NCBI GenBank assembly: GCA_964016885.1
Contig: OZ024741.1
Location: 390,910,001 to 390,974,000, forward strand
Direction: 5' to 3'
DNA length: 64,000 nt
From: Eledone cirrhosa
Lineage: Eukaryota
Shown: positions 21,781 to 33,811 of the stretch, one piece after another
How the letters are laid out: the number at the start of each line of letters is the position of its first letter
How positions within the stretch are numbered: the stretch's first letter is position 1
Program-made: the position numbers and the translations under genes
The notes under the pieces: model-generated
Databases searched by the model: none
The model's input: only the letters and a program-made list of their open reading frames with translations
What the model was told of the DNA's origin: nothing

Positions 21781-24700
21781 AGTTGCATTTATCTTGCTTT
21801 ATGTTCATACGAGTTATCACCAAGTCACAACCAGTGACCTCAAGAGACAACAAGGTCCGCCATGTTCAAGAAAGAACATACATATTCACACATGCATCTT
21901 TAGTGTTTAGACTTGTGATGTACTTATATTGACAGAATCTTCCTTAGTATATGGGCAGTTCCCATTAGTACTATCTTTTGTATTTCTCCTTTACGCGGGT
22001 TTCCTGGGATTTGCGATATGTAATCATTAGACCCCTTAGGTATCATTCCCAGAGCGCCTACAACCACTGGTATTGTTTTAGTTCTCAATTTCCACATTTT
22101 TCCAATTTCTATCTCCAGGTCCTTATACTTGCTCAATTTTTCAAATGTTTTTATAGATACATTCTTGTCTATTGGAACAGACATATCAATTAGCAGGCAT
22201 ACCCTCTTTTTAAAGTCTTTCAATATTATATCAGGTCTGTTTGCATCTATTTTTCGGTCTGTTTGGATGCTAAAGTTCCACAAGATTGAGATGTGATCTT
22301 TTTCAAGTATGGGAGGTGGTTGATGCTCCCACCAATTCTTTTGATGGGGCAGGTCAAAAGGCTTACACATTATCCAATGTATGTATTGTGCAGCTCTGTC
22401 ATGCCTGTTTAGGTATTCGGTTGGAGCTATAGGACTGCACATTGAAATTATATGGTCAATGGTCTCTGGTTGTTTTTTGCATACACGGCATAATGGGCTG
22501 CACCCATTTTTTATTATGTTGGCTTGGTAATTTTTTGTTGGCAGACACTGATCTTGTGCTGATATAATCAGTCCTTCAGTCTCCGATTTCAGTCCAGAGG
22601 ATGCCAACCACTGATGGGTTAAAGTTTTGTCAACATCAGGATTGTTAGCTCGCTCTGGGTATTTTCCATACAGAGGCTTTTCTTGCCATTTCTTAGCCAG
22701 TTTCTGTAGCAGTTCTTTCTTTGCAGTTACTTTTACCTGCTTTGCTTTTTCTGTGTTTTCCATTTCAGCAGTAAATGGGACTTCTGAAATTTGTAGTCCA
22801 TTACTGTATCTTTGTGCATCTTTTGTAATGGAATATGATCTTTTGATGCTTTCGTGTTTCAAAACGAGTTTGATCATCCAATCATGTGATTCCCTTAGAT
22901 ATGTAGATAATCCAATTGTTGCAGTTTTCAACGCAATGTCTAACTGGATTAACCCACGCCCTCCTTCTTTCCTAGGGAGATATATTCTATCTATATCTGC
23001 TTTAGGGTGATGCATTTTGTGCATGGTTAAGAATTTTCTAATTTTTGTATCGAGCCTACGGATCTCTGTGCTTGACCAGTTGATGACATTGTAACTGTAG
23101 GTTACTACTGGTATGGCAAGGGTGTTTATGGCATCGATCCTATTCCTTGCATTCCACCCCGTTCTTAAGATTGCTCTTACTCTGCGGTAACATTCCTTCC
23201 TTATCCTTTCCCTCATTGTCGAGTGCTTGATTCCGTCTCCTTCACAAACACCTAGATATTTGTAAGTTTTTTCTTGATCAAGTTCTCTTATCACGTTCCC
23301 CCGATCAAAATTAATGTCTGAACTCTTCAGCAGCTTTCCTCTGGTAAACGTTGCTTTGGCGCATTTATCTAGTCCAAACTCCATTTTAATGTCATCACTG
23401 AACTGCTTCACAGTGGATAATAGCCCTTGCAATTGTTCATCATTTTTTGCAAATAGTTTCAGGTCATCCATGTAGAACAGGTGATTAATGGTTTTGTCAT
23501 AGACTTTATATCCATGTTTTGTTTCATTGAGCAATTTACTTAATGGTATAAGTGCGATGCACAATAAAAGCAGTGATAAAGAGTCACCCTGAAAAATTCC
23601 ACAATTAATATTAACTTCTCCAGCTTCCAGTGATTTTGTTTCACTATTCAAAAGGAGTGTCGTTTTCCATGTCTTCATACTGAATGACAAAAACCTCCTG
23701 ACAACGGGGGATACTTTGAAAATCTCTAAACATTTTTCAATCCAACTGTGTGGCAAACTATCGAATGCTTTTTTATAATCTATCCAAGCAATCGACAGAT
23801 TTTTGTGTCTATTATGACAATCTTCCAGTATCATTTTGTTAACCAGAAGCTGATCCTTACAGCCATATGAGCCTCGTTTACACCCTTTCTGCTCAATGGG
23901 AAATAGGTCATTTGTTATCAGGTGGTCATATGTGTATTCAGTTAGGACTGATGTTAAAATTTTATACATTGTGGTCAAGCAAGTTATCGGTCTGTAATTT
24001 TTTGGATTGTTTGTTTCATCATTCTTCGGAAGCAGGAATGTAATGCCGTTAACTAGCCATGAAGGTATCTTTTCTGGCTCCTTAACTATTTTATTGTAAA
24101 GTTGGGCTAACAGCTCATGAGACTCTGTGAAGGCATTTATCCAAAAGTTTTGTATTTTGTCTTTTCCTGGGGATTTCCATTTGCTGGTTTTTCTAAGAGC
24201 CAAGCGCAACTGTTCAACTGTTATATTTTCCCATGTTTGTTCCTCAAGGTGAGCTGTATCTTTCATTTGTCTGTCTATCCATGGGGCATGTATGTCATGA
24301 ACTTTTTCTTCGGCCCAGATCTTTTCCCAGAATTCTTGCACTTCCTCCTTGGGTGGTATTGAGTTAGCAGTTATTGTTGACTTACCAATTTTTCTGTAGA
24401 AGTTTCTTTGGTTGTTTTTGAACATATTATTGTCCTTATAGAATCTAGATCGTTTTTCAAAGCGCCTTATACGAGCAGCTTTGGCCGACACTTTTTGCTT
24501 GATTATTTCTATCAGCATGTCTATGTCACTTGTTGATTTTATACTGTTTAGTTTGTTTAACATGTTCACCTACTTTATAGTTTGTTAAAATTTCTATGTC
24601 AGATCGGAGAAGGTTTATTTGGCGATTGATGTTCTCTTGCCAAGTAGATTTCTTGTGGGAATTCCTTTGTTTTTTCATCTTCACTCCACATAAGTGAGTG

Positions 24701-25805
24701 GTGACTTTAGCCGATGCATAATAGAGATGATTTAAATCAGTAATGTTTAGTTTGTTTGTGATGATAATGTTTTTGAGAATTATGTTAGTCTTGTGTATTA
24801 TCTTTTGGTTCTGTTTGGAGTTCTGGATCTTAGGGAGGGTGTCTCGTTGCCCCATGTCAGATTCTTTCATTTTCATCCATTCGATCATAATTTCATCCTT
24901 CAAGTTGGCAAGTTCATTCTCATTCATTTCTTTATCATTTACGATCTCATTATTTTCATTTGGAGTTTCATCCTGAGCATGCACTCCTTCCACTTTTTCG
25001 ATCCTTTCTTTAATTTGTTCTGTTGCCAGTGATTCCGCCCCAACCCTGGGATTCGAAGTGTTACAGTTTACCTCGTTTTCACTGACACATGTTTCATTTT
25101 CCCTTCGCTGACTTTGTGCTAATAGCTTGATCTGATCAATTTCTATATTAGTTAGTAACTTTTTTCTTACAATATTTCTTCGTATATTGGCTAGTTTGTT
25201 ACTGTCAATATAGCCTCTGTTTTCGGGATGTTTCTTTTTCCAGTTGATATATGTCTGTTCTGTATTCGATGTATTTGATGGGTAGTACATGGCAGTGTAG
25301 AAAGCCTCAAGGACTTCTTTATTATCTTCCCTTGACCATTTTCTCTCTTTTTCTTTGGATTTCTTGGTGGTGAGCATGGAGGGCCAACAGTAGGAGTATT
25401 CCGGTTATGGGAGGTCTCCAGCTCCGAAGTGATGGGAAGGTTTGAACCATTAGCTGATTTTTCGACCCCAGTCTGGTTCCTCTCTGAGGGACGCGGCCCT
25501 TTTTTACCCGGGTGACAGCCGATCCGGTATGAGATTTTATCATTAGACATTTACTTTATTTTGTTGCGTTTTATCCTTATCCGCCAAGGGGTAATCATTT
25601 CGTGTTACCACTTCTAGAACGAGTGTCAACCAAGACTAGAGGGGTCGTTCTCCCCTAGAGACACGGCTATTCCCCGCCGGCCGCCATCCCGGTATTTCTT
25701 GGTCATGGGGTTTTCTTTTTGTTGTTTTTTTTAAAATTGTTATTATCATGAGTGGTTCCTTAAAATTGTTATTATCATGAGTGGTTCCTCATTGCGTGGC
25801 TTAAG
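21780..25805 (-). mobile_element. Full-length R4/Dong family A retrotransposon with lesions in the N-terminal part
   Basis: ORFs 25191-25550, 24526-25377 and 21924-24569 reconstruct one polyprotein; 5'UTR with a 30-bp tandem duplication at 25731-25790. Confidence 0.94.
21924..24569 (-). pseudogene. DongA RT-CCHC-RLE open frame (881 aa), separated from its N-terminus by a small deletion/frameshift
   Basis: LFYMDDLKLF, CRVCKKQPETIDHIISMC, RHD, RPDIILKD-LLIDMSVP. Confidence 0.9.
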
Positions 25806-25868
25806 AATGAAATTATTAATAATTGTCTCCACTCCAGGCACAAGGCCAGCAATCGCCCAGTGCATTAC

Positions 25869-25909
<41 letters not shown>

Positions 25910-25911
<2 letters not shown>

Positions 25912-26104
25912 GGCGGTGAATTGGCAGTATCGGTAGAGGGTTGGACGCCATGCTTTCTAGCATAGTTACTTCCCTTTACGGTCTGAGTTCAAATCCCGTC
26001 AAGGTTAACTTTGCCTTTCATCCTTACGGGGTCGATAAAATAAAGTATCAGTAATGTACTGGGTAATTGCTGGCCTTGTGCCTAAAGTAGAAACAATTAT
26101 TATT

Positions 26105-26107
<3 letters not shown>
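25910..26107 (+). mobile_element. tRNA-derived SINE, flanked by (ATT)n on both sides
   Basis: A-box-like tggcagtatcgg, B-box-like gagttcaaatcc; tail ggccttgtgcctaaagtagaaacaattatt; an inverted tail fragment lies at 25821-25868. Confidence 0.8.

Positions 26108-26160
<53 letters not shown>
26108..26160. repeat. (GTT)n microsatellite continuing the (ATT)n SINE tail
   Basis: Directly visible. Confidence 0.95.
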
Positions 26161-26164
26161 AACC

Positions 26165-26370
26165 ATTCCCCAGCAGTCCTGGGTCAAGGAAGGAAAGACC
26201 GAGAAGGAACATTTGACAACTGGAATTTCGTAAAATAGGGTACTGTGATCGGTGGAAAATCCACTTTGGCGTTCTATAGAGGATTAGTGGGGATACTCTG
26301 AGGAATGCATAGCCACTTACACTGTAATTTCGGGAGCAGATTGTCTGTTGACCAAACAACTAAAACACTT
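26165..26370 (+). mobile_element. Highly decayed Tx1 ORF2 fragment
   Basis: cagtcctgggtcaag...ggaaaatccactttggcgttctatagaggattagtgg matches the QSWVK...STLAFYRGLV region of ORF2. Confidence 0.7.
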
Positions 26371-26879
26371 ATCGTCAAAACAGACAGGAGTCAATTACCT
26401 TCCATTGTTATATTATCCCTGGTAACAAACACACTTCAAACCTCATTACTTCGAAACACACATACATATGTTGCTACTGTAGTGAGAATTAACTTGTAAT
26501 AGAAACGATTTTCACTAGGGGAAAATGCACTAAACATGGTTTTATGCTTCGTACACCATGCTCTGTTCAGAACTTCGATTGAGTGATTAGATATATTAAA
26601 ACTCTCGTAAATAATACAGTCATCAATATCTTACGGCCATATAAGATTCCTTGTTAAAAGTCTAATGATGACTATCCTACCTAATGCAATCATCTTTATT
26701 CTAAATTCTACGAAGTTCAGAAATCAAATTAGAAATGTTTCATTTCTGTCGCAAATAGCCATTAGGAAATACATAAACGTTAAACATTCTGCTCCCACAC
26801 GTTAAACATATTACAGTTGCAGTGTATAAGTATTATTACATCTTCAAATGGTTGCATGCTAAATAAATAAAGAAGTCAG

Positions 26880-26912
<33 letters not shown>

Positions 26913-26916
<4 letters not shown>

Positions 26917-29900
26917 AAAATGGAACGGGAACAAAACAGAGAGGCAGTACAAACAAAGGTTTATTAGTTTCACGCTCTTAGGGCGGTGTGGGGGGGGGGG
27001 GACGTTTCGGGCATAACCCCTTTTTCAGGAGAAAAGTGGGTGGGAAGAGAGTTCCGAGGGTGTGTGGGGGAGTGGTGGAGAGACATTTAGAAAAGGGGGG
27101 GGGGAGGAAAGGGAAGAAAAATGGTCGAAGGGGTACAAATAAAAATAAAAATAGGGGGTGAGGATTCCGGAGGCTGAGTGTGTATATATGTGGGGCTACG
27201 CACGTGTGTGTTGGTGTTATTACGTTTTGTGGATGTAGGTGGCGTGGTTCGAAAAATAAATTGTGAGTGTATGTCCGTGGGTAAGTTCCTAAGGTAGTTC
27301 CGTAGAGGATGTGAAGAGTTGCCGGATATTTTCCATGTTATGGAGTGGATAGTTGGAACGATGGCCGGTGGTGTGTAATCCGTTGGTTGTGGTGGTGGGA
27401 AGAGAGGAGATATGGGGTGCGCGCGCAACAGGAAGTGGTCAGAGGGTCAAGGCAGGATGAAGGTAGAGGAGAATGATAGGTGGAGAGGACTGTGTATCTG
27501 TGTGTGCGGAGATGTGGTCAGAGGGTCAAGGCAGGAGAAGGCATAGCAGCAGTAGAGAGAATGGCAGGTGGAGAAAGTCAGTGTGTTTGTGTGTGCGGAA
27601 GTGCAGTGGACAGGGGAGAGGATGGGTAGGTGTGAAAGGTGGAGTGAGGAGGGGGTCATGTGGGGGGAAGGGGTGTGTATTAATAGAGGTGTTAGTGGGA
27701 TGTGTGTGTGTGTGCGAAGGGGTGTGGGTGGAGCGGTAAGAGGGAGAGAAAAGGTGTGGGGGACGGTGGAGGGAGTGTAGTGCATTGGTGTGTGTGTGGT
27801 TAAGGGGGTGTTAGTGGGTGTTAGTATACTGGTGGAAGGGGTTGAATGCGGGTGTGTTAGTGGGGGCCAGTGGTGGTAGGGTGTGTAGAGTGGGTGGTGT
27901 AAGTGGGTTTGGGTGGATGTGTGTGTTCGTGTGCGTGGGGTCGGGGGGATGTTAATGGTATTAGTTGTGGGGTGGATGTGTGGGTGAGGGTTAGTGGTGG
28001 TAGTAGGGTGTGTGAATGCGTGTATATATGTACAGGTGGGTGTGTGCGTGATAGGTGGAGGGGTGGGGATGTTATTATTGTTAGCGTGGTGATGGTGGCC
28101 GGGGTGAGGTGGGGGTGTTAGTATTGTTAGTTGTGGGGTGGGCCAAGGGATGGGCGGTGAAAAGGAGGAGTGTGTTAGTGGTGTTAGTGGGGGATATGTG
28201 TGTGTGTGTGTGGGGAGAACAGGGCGGTCGAAGGCTAAAGGAATAGGGGTGGGGAGTTCAGGCCGGGGGGAGTGTGGGTCTGTAGGGTGAAGATGGTGCG
28301 TTGTTCAGTGAAACGGTCCGCCAGGCGACGTCCAGTCTGTCCGACGTAGGTTGCGCTGCACTCCGTGCAGCGAAGTCCATAGACTAGGTTGGAGGAGGTG
28401 CAGCGGAAGGCGTGCCAGACACAGAGAGAGTGGCCGTTTGGACCCTGGAAGGTGGTGGTGTTGGTGATATGGGGGCAGGTGTTGCAACGAGGCCTGGAAC
28501 AGGGAAGGGAACCGGGGGGGAGGAAGAGCGTGGGTTGGGGGTAGGGAGCTGCGGACAAGGAAGGTGCGGAGATTGCGTGCGCGTTTGAAGGAGAGGAGGG
28601 TGGGAATGGGAAGATGTGGGAGGTGGAAGGGTCGGACTGGAGGCGTCGGAAGAGGCGGAGGATGGTGCGGTGGATGGGTAGGGTGGAGGGGTGGTAGGTG
28701 ATGGGGAAGGGGAGATGGTGGGTGGGTGTGCGGTGACGTGGGGTGAGGGTGGTGGAGTGGTGGACAGCACGGGCGCGCGTGAGCGCGGTGAGGACGAGGT
28801 AGAGGGGGGGGGTGTAAGCTCTGCGGATGAAATGGCTGACTAGAGAAAGGGCCTGGGACTCAAAGTCAGCATCTCGGCTGCAGAGGCGGTGGATCCTGAG
28901 GAGTTGGGAGTAGGGAATGGAGTGTTTAGTGTGTGTAGGGTGGGAGGAGGTGAAGTCGAGGTATGAGTGGGAGTCGGTGGGTTTGAAGAAGGCGGAGGTG
29001 ACGAGGGAGTGGTGGGAGGGATCGATGGCGACGGAGATGTTTAAGAAGTGGACGTGGGTGGTGGAGATAGAAGTGGTGAAGTGGAGGGAGGGGTGGAAGG
29101 AGAGAAAGGAGTCGAGCTGTTCTCGGGTGAAGTCGTGGCTCCGATACAGTCATCGATATAACGACCGTACAGTTCGGGCGTAGGGCCGGTGTACTGGGCA
29201 ATAATTTGGGCCACAACATGGCCAACGAAAAGGTTGGCATAGTTTGAGCCCATTCTTGTGCCCATGGCTACCCCCGTGGCCTGTTGGTAAAACTCACCCG
29301 AGAAGGAGAAGCAGTTGAGGGTGAGGACCAGCTCGGCGAGGCGAAGGAGAGTGGGCGTGGAGGGGATGGGGGAGGGGCGAAGATCGAGGTAGTGCTTGAG
29401 GCCACGTAGGCCGTCGGCGTGGGGATGACAGTATAAAGTGACTTGATATCTAGGGTGAAGAGGAGGGTGTGTGGGCTGGGTGGGAAAGTGAAGGAGTCGA
29501 ACAGGCGAAGGGCGTGGGTGGTGTCGGAGATGTGGGAGGGGAGGGTGGTGACGAGGGGGAGGGTGCGAGAATGGAGTCAAGAAAGGCGAGATGAGTTCGG
29601 TGGAGCAGTTGCAAGCGGAGACGATGGGGCGGCCGGGGTTGTCGGGTTTGTGGAGTTTGGGGAGGAAGTAGATAGAGGGGTGCGGGGGGGGGAGTGCGGA
29701 TGATAAGGTGGGAAGCGGTGGGAGGGAGGAGGGAGGAGGAGACAAGGTGTTGGATGGTGGAGGAAACTTGTTGTTGGTAGAGGGGTGTGGGGTCAGAGGG
29801 TAGAGGGCGGTAGAAGAGTGGGTTACGGAGCTGCCTGAGGGCTTCGGCCGTGTAGAGGTCAGCGCGCCACACCACCACGGCGCTCCCTTGTCCGCCGGTT

Positions 29901-30856
29901 TGATGACGATGTTATCTCGGCTACGGAGGGAGCGGAGAGCGAGGAGTTCACCCCGTGAGATGTTATGCCGTTGGGACCGGTGGCGGAAGTCGAAGCGATT
30001 TACTGCGCTACGGCAGGCGTCGACGAACGCATCCAGGATGTTAAATTGCCCTGGGGCCAGCGTCTAAGACGATGGTCGTCGGCCCAGGGGGAGAGACGGG
30101 TCTGGGGCGTTCGGAGCCGGTGGCGTTTGATGAAAATATGCACGTAGCTTCGTGCGTCGCACGAATCGCTCGACTTCCGTTCGGGTGCGGAACTCGTCGC
30201 TGTGCGGAGTGTGGGGTATGAAGCGAAGGCCTCTACTGAGGGGTGAGCGCTCAGGTGCGGAGAGGGGGAGGTCAGGGGGTATGGTGACAACAAGTGGTGG
30301 GGTTTGGGTGTGTGAAGGAGGAGAAGAGGGTGTGGTGGGGGTGAGGTGGAGGGTGGAGATGGGGTAGGGGTGTGTGTGGTGGGGAGGGGTGGGATGGGTG
30401 TGTGGGGGTCATACGGATGGTTATAGGAGGGTCATAGAGTGGTGGATGGGGGTGGTAGGGAGGTGAAGAAGGAGAAGAGGTCGGGGTTGAGGTTTTGGAT
30501 GAAGAGGAGGGGGTAGCATGCGGAATTAAGGCGGAGGAGGGTGGGGGTCAGTTTGTAGTCAAGGTTGCGGATGGTGGAGCGGGAAGAGCGGAGGGAGTTG
30601 CGCATTAGGAGGCGCGAGGATCGGGTGAGGATACGTTGGGTGGAGGGGGAAGCGGAGGGGGAGGTGTGGAAGTGTAGTCGGAAGCTGAGGGGGATGAGGT
30701 GGAGGTGGAGGCAGCAGCTGAGGAAATGGATGTGGCTGGAGTGCCGGGTTTTGGTGAAGAGAAGGTAGGAGAGTTGGAGGGCCGAGGGGAGACAGCAGGG
30801 TGGAAGGAGGGGGGTGAGGAAAGGTTTGAGGCGGGTGTGGAGTTGGTGGAGAAAGG
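26913..30856 (-). mobile_element. Penelope-like element (Neptune-type: RT + Cys-rich linker + GIY-YIG), frameshifted, between two (TA)n tracts (26885-26912, 30857-30875)
   Basis: HFLSCCLHLHLIPL N-terminus; YFLPKLHKPDNPGRPIVSAC; GVAMGTRMGSNYANLF; YGRYIDD; CSRPRCNTC...VYGLRCTECSATYVGQTGR; downstream hammerhead-like core and AATAAA (26960-26965, minus). Confidence 0.9.
27001..27029 (-). ncRNA. Degenerate minimal hammerhead ribozyme core of the Penelope pLTR
   Basis: Minus strand CCTGAAAAAGGGGTTATGCCCGAAACGTC = CUGAN(G>A)A - GGG/CCC stem II - GAAAC GUC; G8 is substituted and stem I is not evident. Confidence 0.6.
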
Positions 30857-31281
30857 ATATATATATATATATATACTGACAACCACGGGCACGCATCACC
30901 TTCGAGTCAAAAAGGAAAAAAGCACATTTTTTCGTCTCTGTGTCTTTCTTCTCTGCTTTTCCTCCTTAAAGCCTTTTGGTATATAACTATTGTGCAATAT
31001 ACACCTGATGATGTCACCAGGTTCATACGTAACTCGGCCACTGAAATGTACATAGTATTTGCAGAAATAAAAATCTGAAGCAATTTAACCTGTCCGGCGT
31101 CCTATTATTTTACTCTATAATATTTAACTCCGTTCCCACACAACCTACACGATTCAACATCAAAGATGGATGAGTTGCATAACGTCGAGTGCTTTCCAAT
31201 TATTTCATCATGATTAACATTCCGGAATTACCAATTCTACCCAGTGGTGAACCACCAAACTTAAATGTATATATAATAATG

Positions 31282-31325
<44 letters not shown>

Positions 31326-31367
31326 TACATTTTTTTTTTCCACCCGAAACTGACAACCATGTAAAAA

Positions 31368-33531
31368 TATAACACCCCTCCACCCGAAACTGACAACCAT
31401 GTTCAATGACTGCTTGATGTCAGGTGAGGTACCAGAGTGGTTGACAAAAGGTACCACAGTTCTGATAATGAAAGACCGAATCAAAGGTAATGATGTTACC
31501 AACTATAGACCTATCACATGTCTGTCCGTAATGTGGAAACTGTTGACGAGCATTGTATCTGAGGAAATCTACCATCACCTCCACACAAACAACTTGTTAC
31601 CGGACGAACAGAAAGGATGCCGAAAGAAGTCACGTGGTACAAAGGACCAGTTACTTATTGATAAGATGGTAATGGGGAATTGCAGGAGGAGACACACTGA
31701 TCTTGCCATGGGATGGATAGACTACAGAAAGGCATTTGACATGGTGCCTCATTCTTGGATCACCAAAAGCCTGGAGATCTTCAAGGTGGCAGATAACATC
31801 AGACAGTTGTTGGGCAAAAGTATGAGGTCCTGGGAAACAGAGTTGACATCAACTGGAGAATCCTTGGGAAGCGTGAAGATCAAGAGAGGTATCTTCCAGG
31901 GAGATAGCCTGTCCCCTCTGTTGTTTGTCCTTGCCCTGATGCCCCTGACCAGTGTACTGCGAAAAGTGAGAGCAGGATACGGGTTGGGAAAGGGAGGGCT
32001 TACCATCAATCACCTCCTCTTCATGGACGATCTTAAGCTCTTCGGGAAAAGTGAGAAGGAGTTGGATGTGCTTGTTGACACTGTCCGTATTTTCAGCAGT
32101 GATATATGTATGCAGTTTGGTATTAGTAAGTGTGGAGTCATTGTGATGAGGAGGGTAGGTTGAGCAGAAGTAACGGAATCCAGATACCAACAGGTGAGAT
32201 GATAAAGGAAATTGACTCTGAGGAAGGATACAAGTATTTGGGCGTTCTGGAGGCTGATGGCATAAAGAACAAAAAAATGAAGGAATTGTTAAGAACTGAA
32301 TACATTCGGAGAGTAAGGAGCGTATTGAAGTCACATCTGAACAGCAGAAATGCCATAAGCGCAGTAAATTCCCGAGCTGTGTCTATTATTAGGTACAGTG
32401 CGGGAATTCTGAGATGGAATGTTGCTGAACAAAAAGAAATGGATAGGAAGACTAGGAAGCTATTGACTATCTACAACATGTTCCACAAGAGGAGTGATGT
32501 CGATAGACTCTACTTAAGGAGATCTGAGGGTGGAAGAGGTCTTATCAGCATAGAGGAGTGTGTTCAGATGGAGAAAAACAACCTACACAAATACGTGACT
32601 GATAGTAAGGAGCCAATGCTCAGAACTGTACTGAAGGAGGGGACAATAGGCCAGGGGATGTCCAAGGAGGAAATAACATCAAGGAGAAAGAGCAGCCTTC
32701 AGGAAAAATCCCTTCATAGTACATTCTTTGGGAAAACTGAATTTAGAGATCCACAGACATGGAACTGGTTGAAAAGAGGAGACCTTAAAAAGGCTACAGA
32801 AGGAATGTTAATGGCTGCGCAGGAGCAGGCCCTCAAAACGAAGTGGTTGAAACACCATATTTACAAGGAGGAGGCTAGCCCACTGTGCAGGATCTGTGGA
32901 GAGAGGAGACTGTGGCTCACATTGTATCCGAGTGTAAACATCTAGCCCAGACCCACTATAAGGGCTGGAGACATGATGTGATGGGCAGGGTGATCCACTG
33001 GCACCTGTGCAAAGTAAACAATTTACCACATTCTGAGAAATGGTATGAGCATAAGCCAGAGGCGGTGATAGAGAACGATCAGGTAAAGGTGCTGTGGGAT
33101 TTTAGGATACAGACGGACAAGAAACTGGAACACAATAGACCTGACCTGGTGGTTGTGGACAAAGAAAAAAGATCGTGCCTGATTGTGGATGTGGCCTGCC
33201 CATTCGACACGAGAGTGCAAGAGAAGGAGAGGGAGAAAATTAACCGATACCAGGACTTAAAGTGGGAGGTAAAAAGGATTTGGAACTGCCATGAAGTCAA
33301 AGTGATCCCGATTGTCATAGGCGCACTAGGTACTATCTCAAAGAGTTTCCAAGGATGGTTAAAGAAAATCGGCCCCTTCACGCTTTTTGAAACGCTTCAA
33401 AAGGCATGCTTGCTGGGAACAGCAAGAACCCTCCGATACGTCTTGAATATCTGAGGCTGCAGGTTCGTGGCTTGATATTCATTCCAACAAACTTTCCAGT
33501 TAACTAACATCAATGACTGAGACTCAAGGAG
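31368..33531 (+). mobile_element. 5'-truncated R4/Dong family B copy, two frameshifts
   Basis: ORFs 31399-32163, 32130-32945, 32885-33454 nearly identical to 16933-20325; (AAT)n upstream (31272-31326) and downstream (33532-33568). Confidence 0.94.
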
Positions 33532-33538
33532 TAATAAC

Positions 33539-33569
<31 letters not shown>

Positions 33570-33811
33570 TTTTCTTTATTAACCACAAGGGTTCACATAA
33601 AGTAGACATTAAGGACAGTACAGGACAATACAGGACGGTACAAATGGGCATTTCTGCGTGTAAAAAAACAGAGGTTGAAATAAAATAACAAAGAAAAATT
33701 CCCCAATAGGGGGGAGACTTCCAAGGGACATTTGTGGAGAAAGCCCATTAAAAGACCACAGTGGCCCTGACCACCAGGGCAAGTGCCCTCTCCCAGTTTT
33801 CCACCTTTAAT

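Noticed and set aside
25910-26010. tRNA gene
   Set aside because: A/B-box-like motifs only, no cloverleaf; continues into a repeated SINE body
27030-28250. Telomeric repeat region
   Set aside because: G-rich but no regular TTAGGG array; lies within the Penelope element
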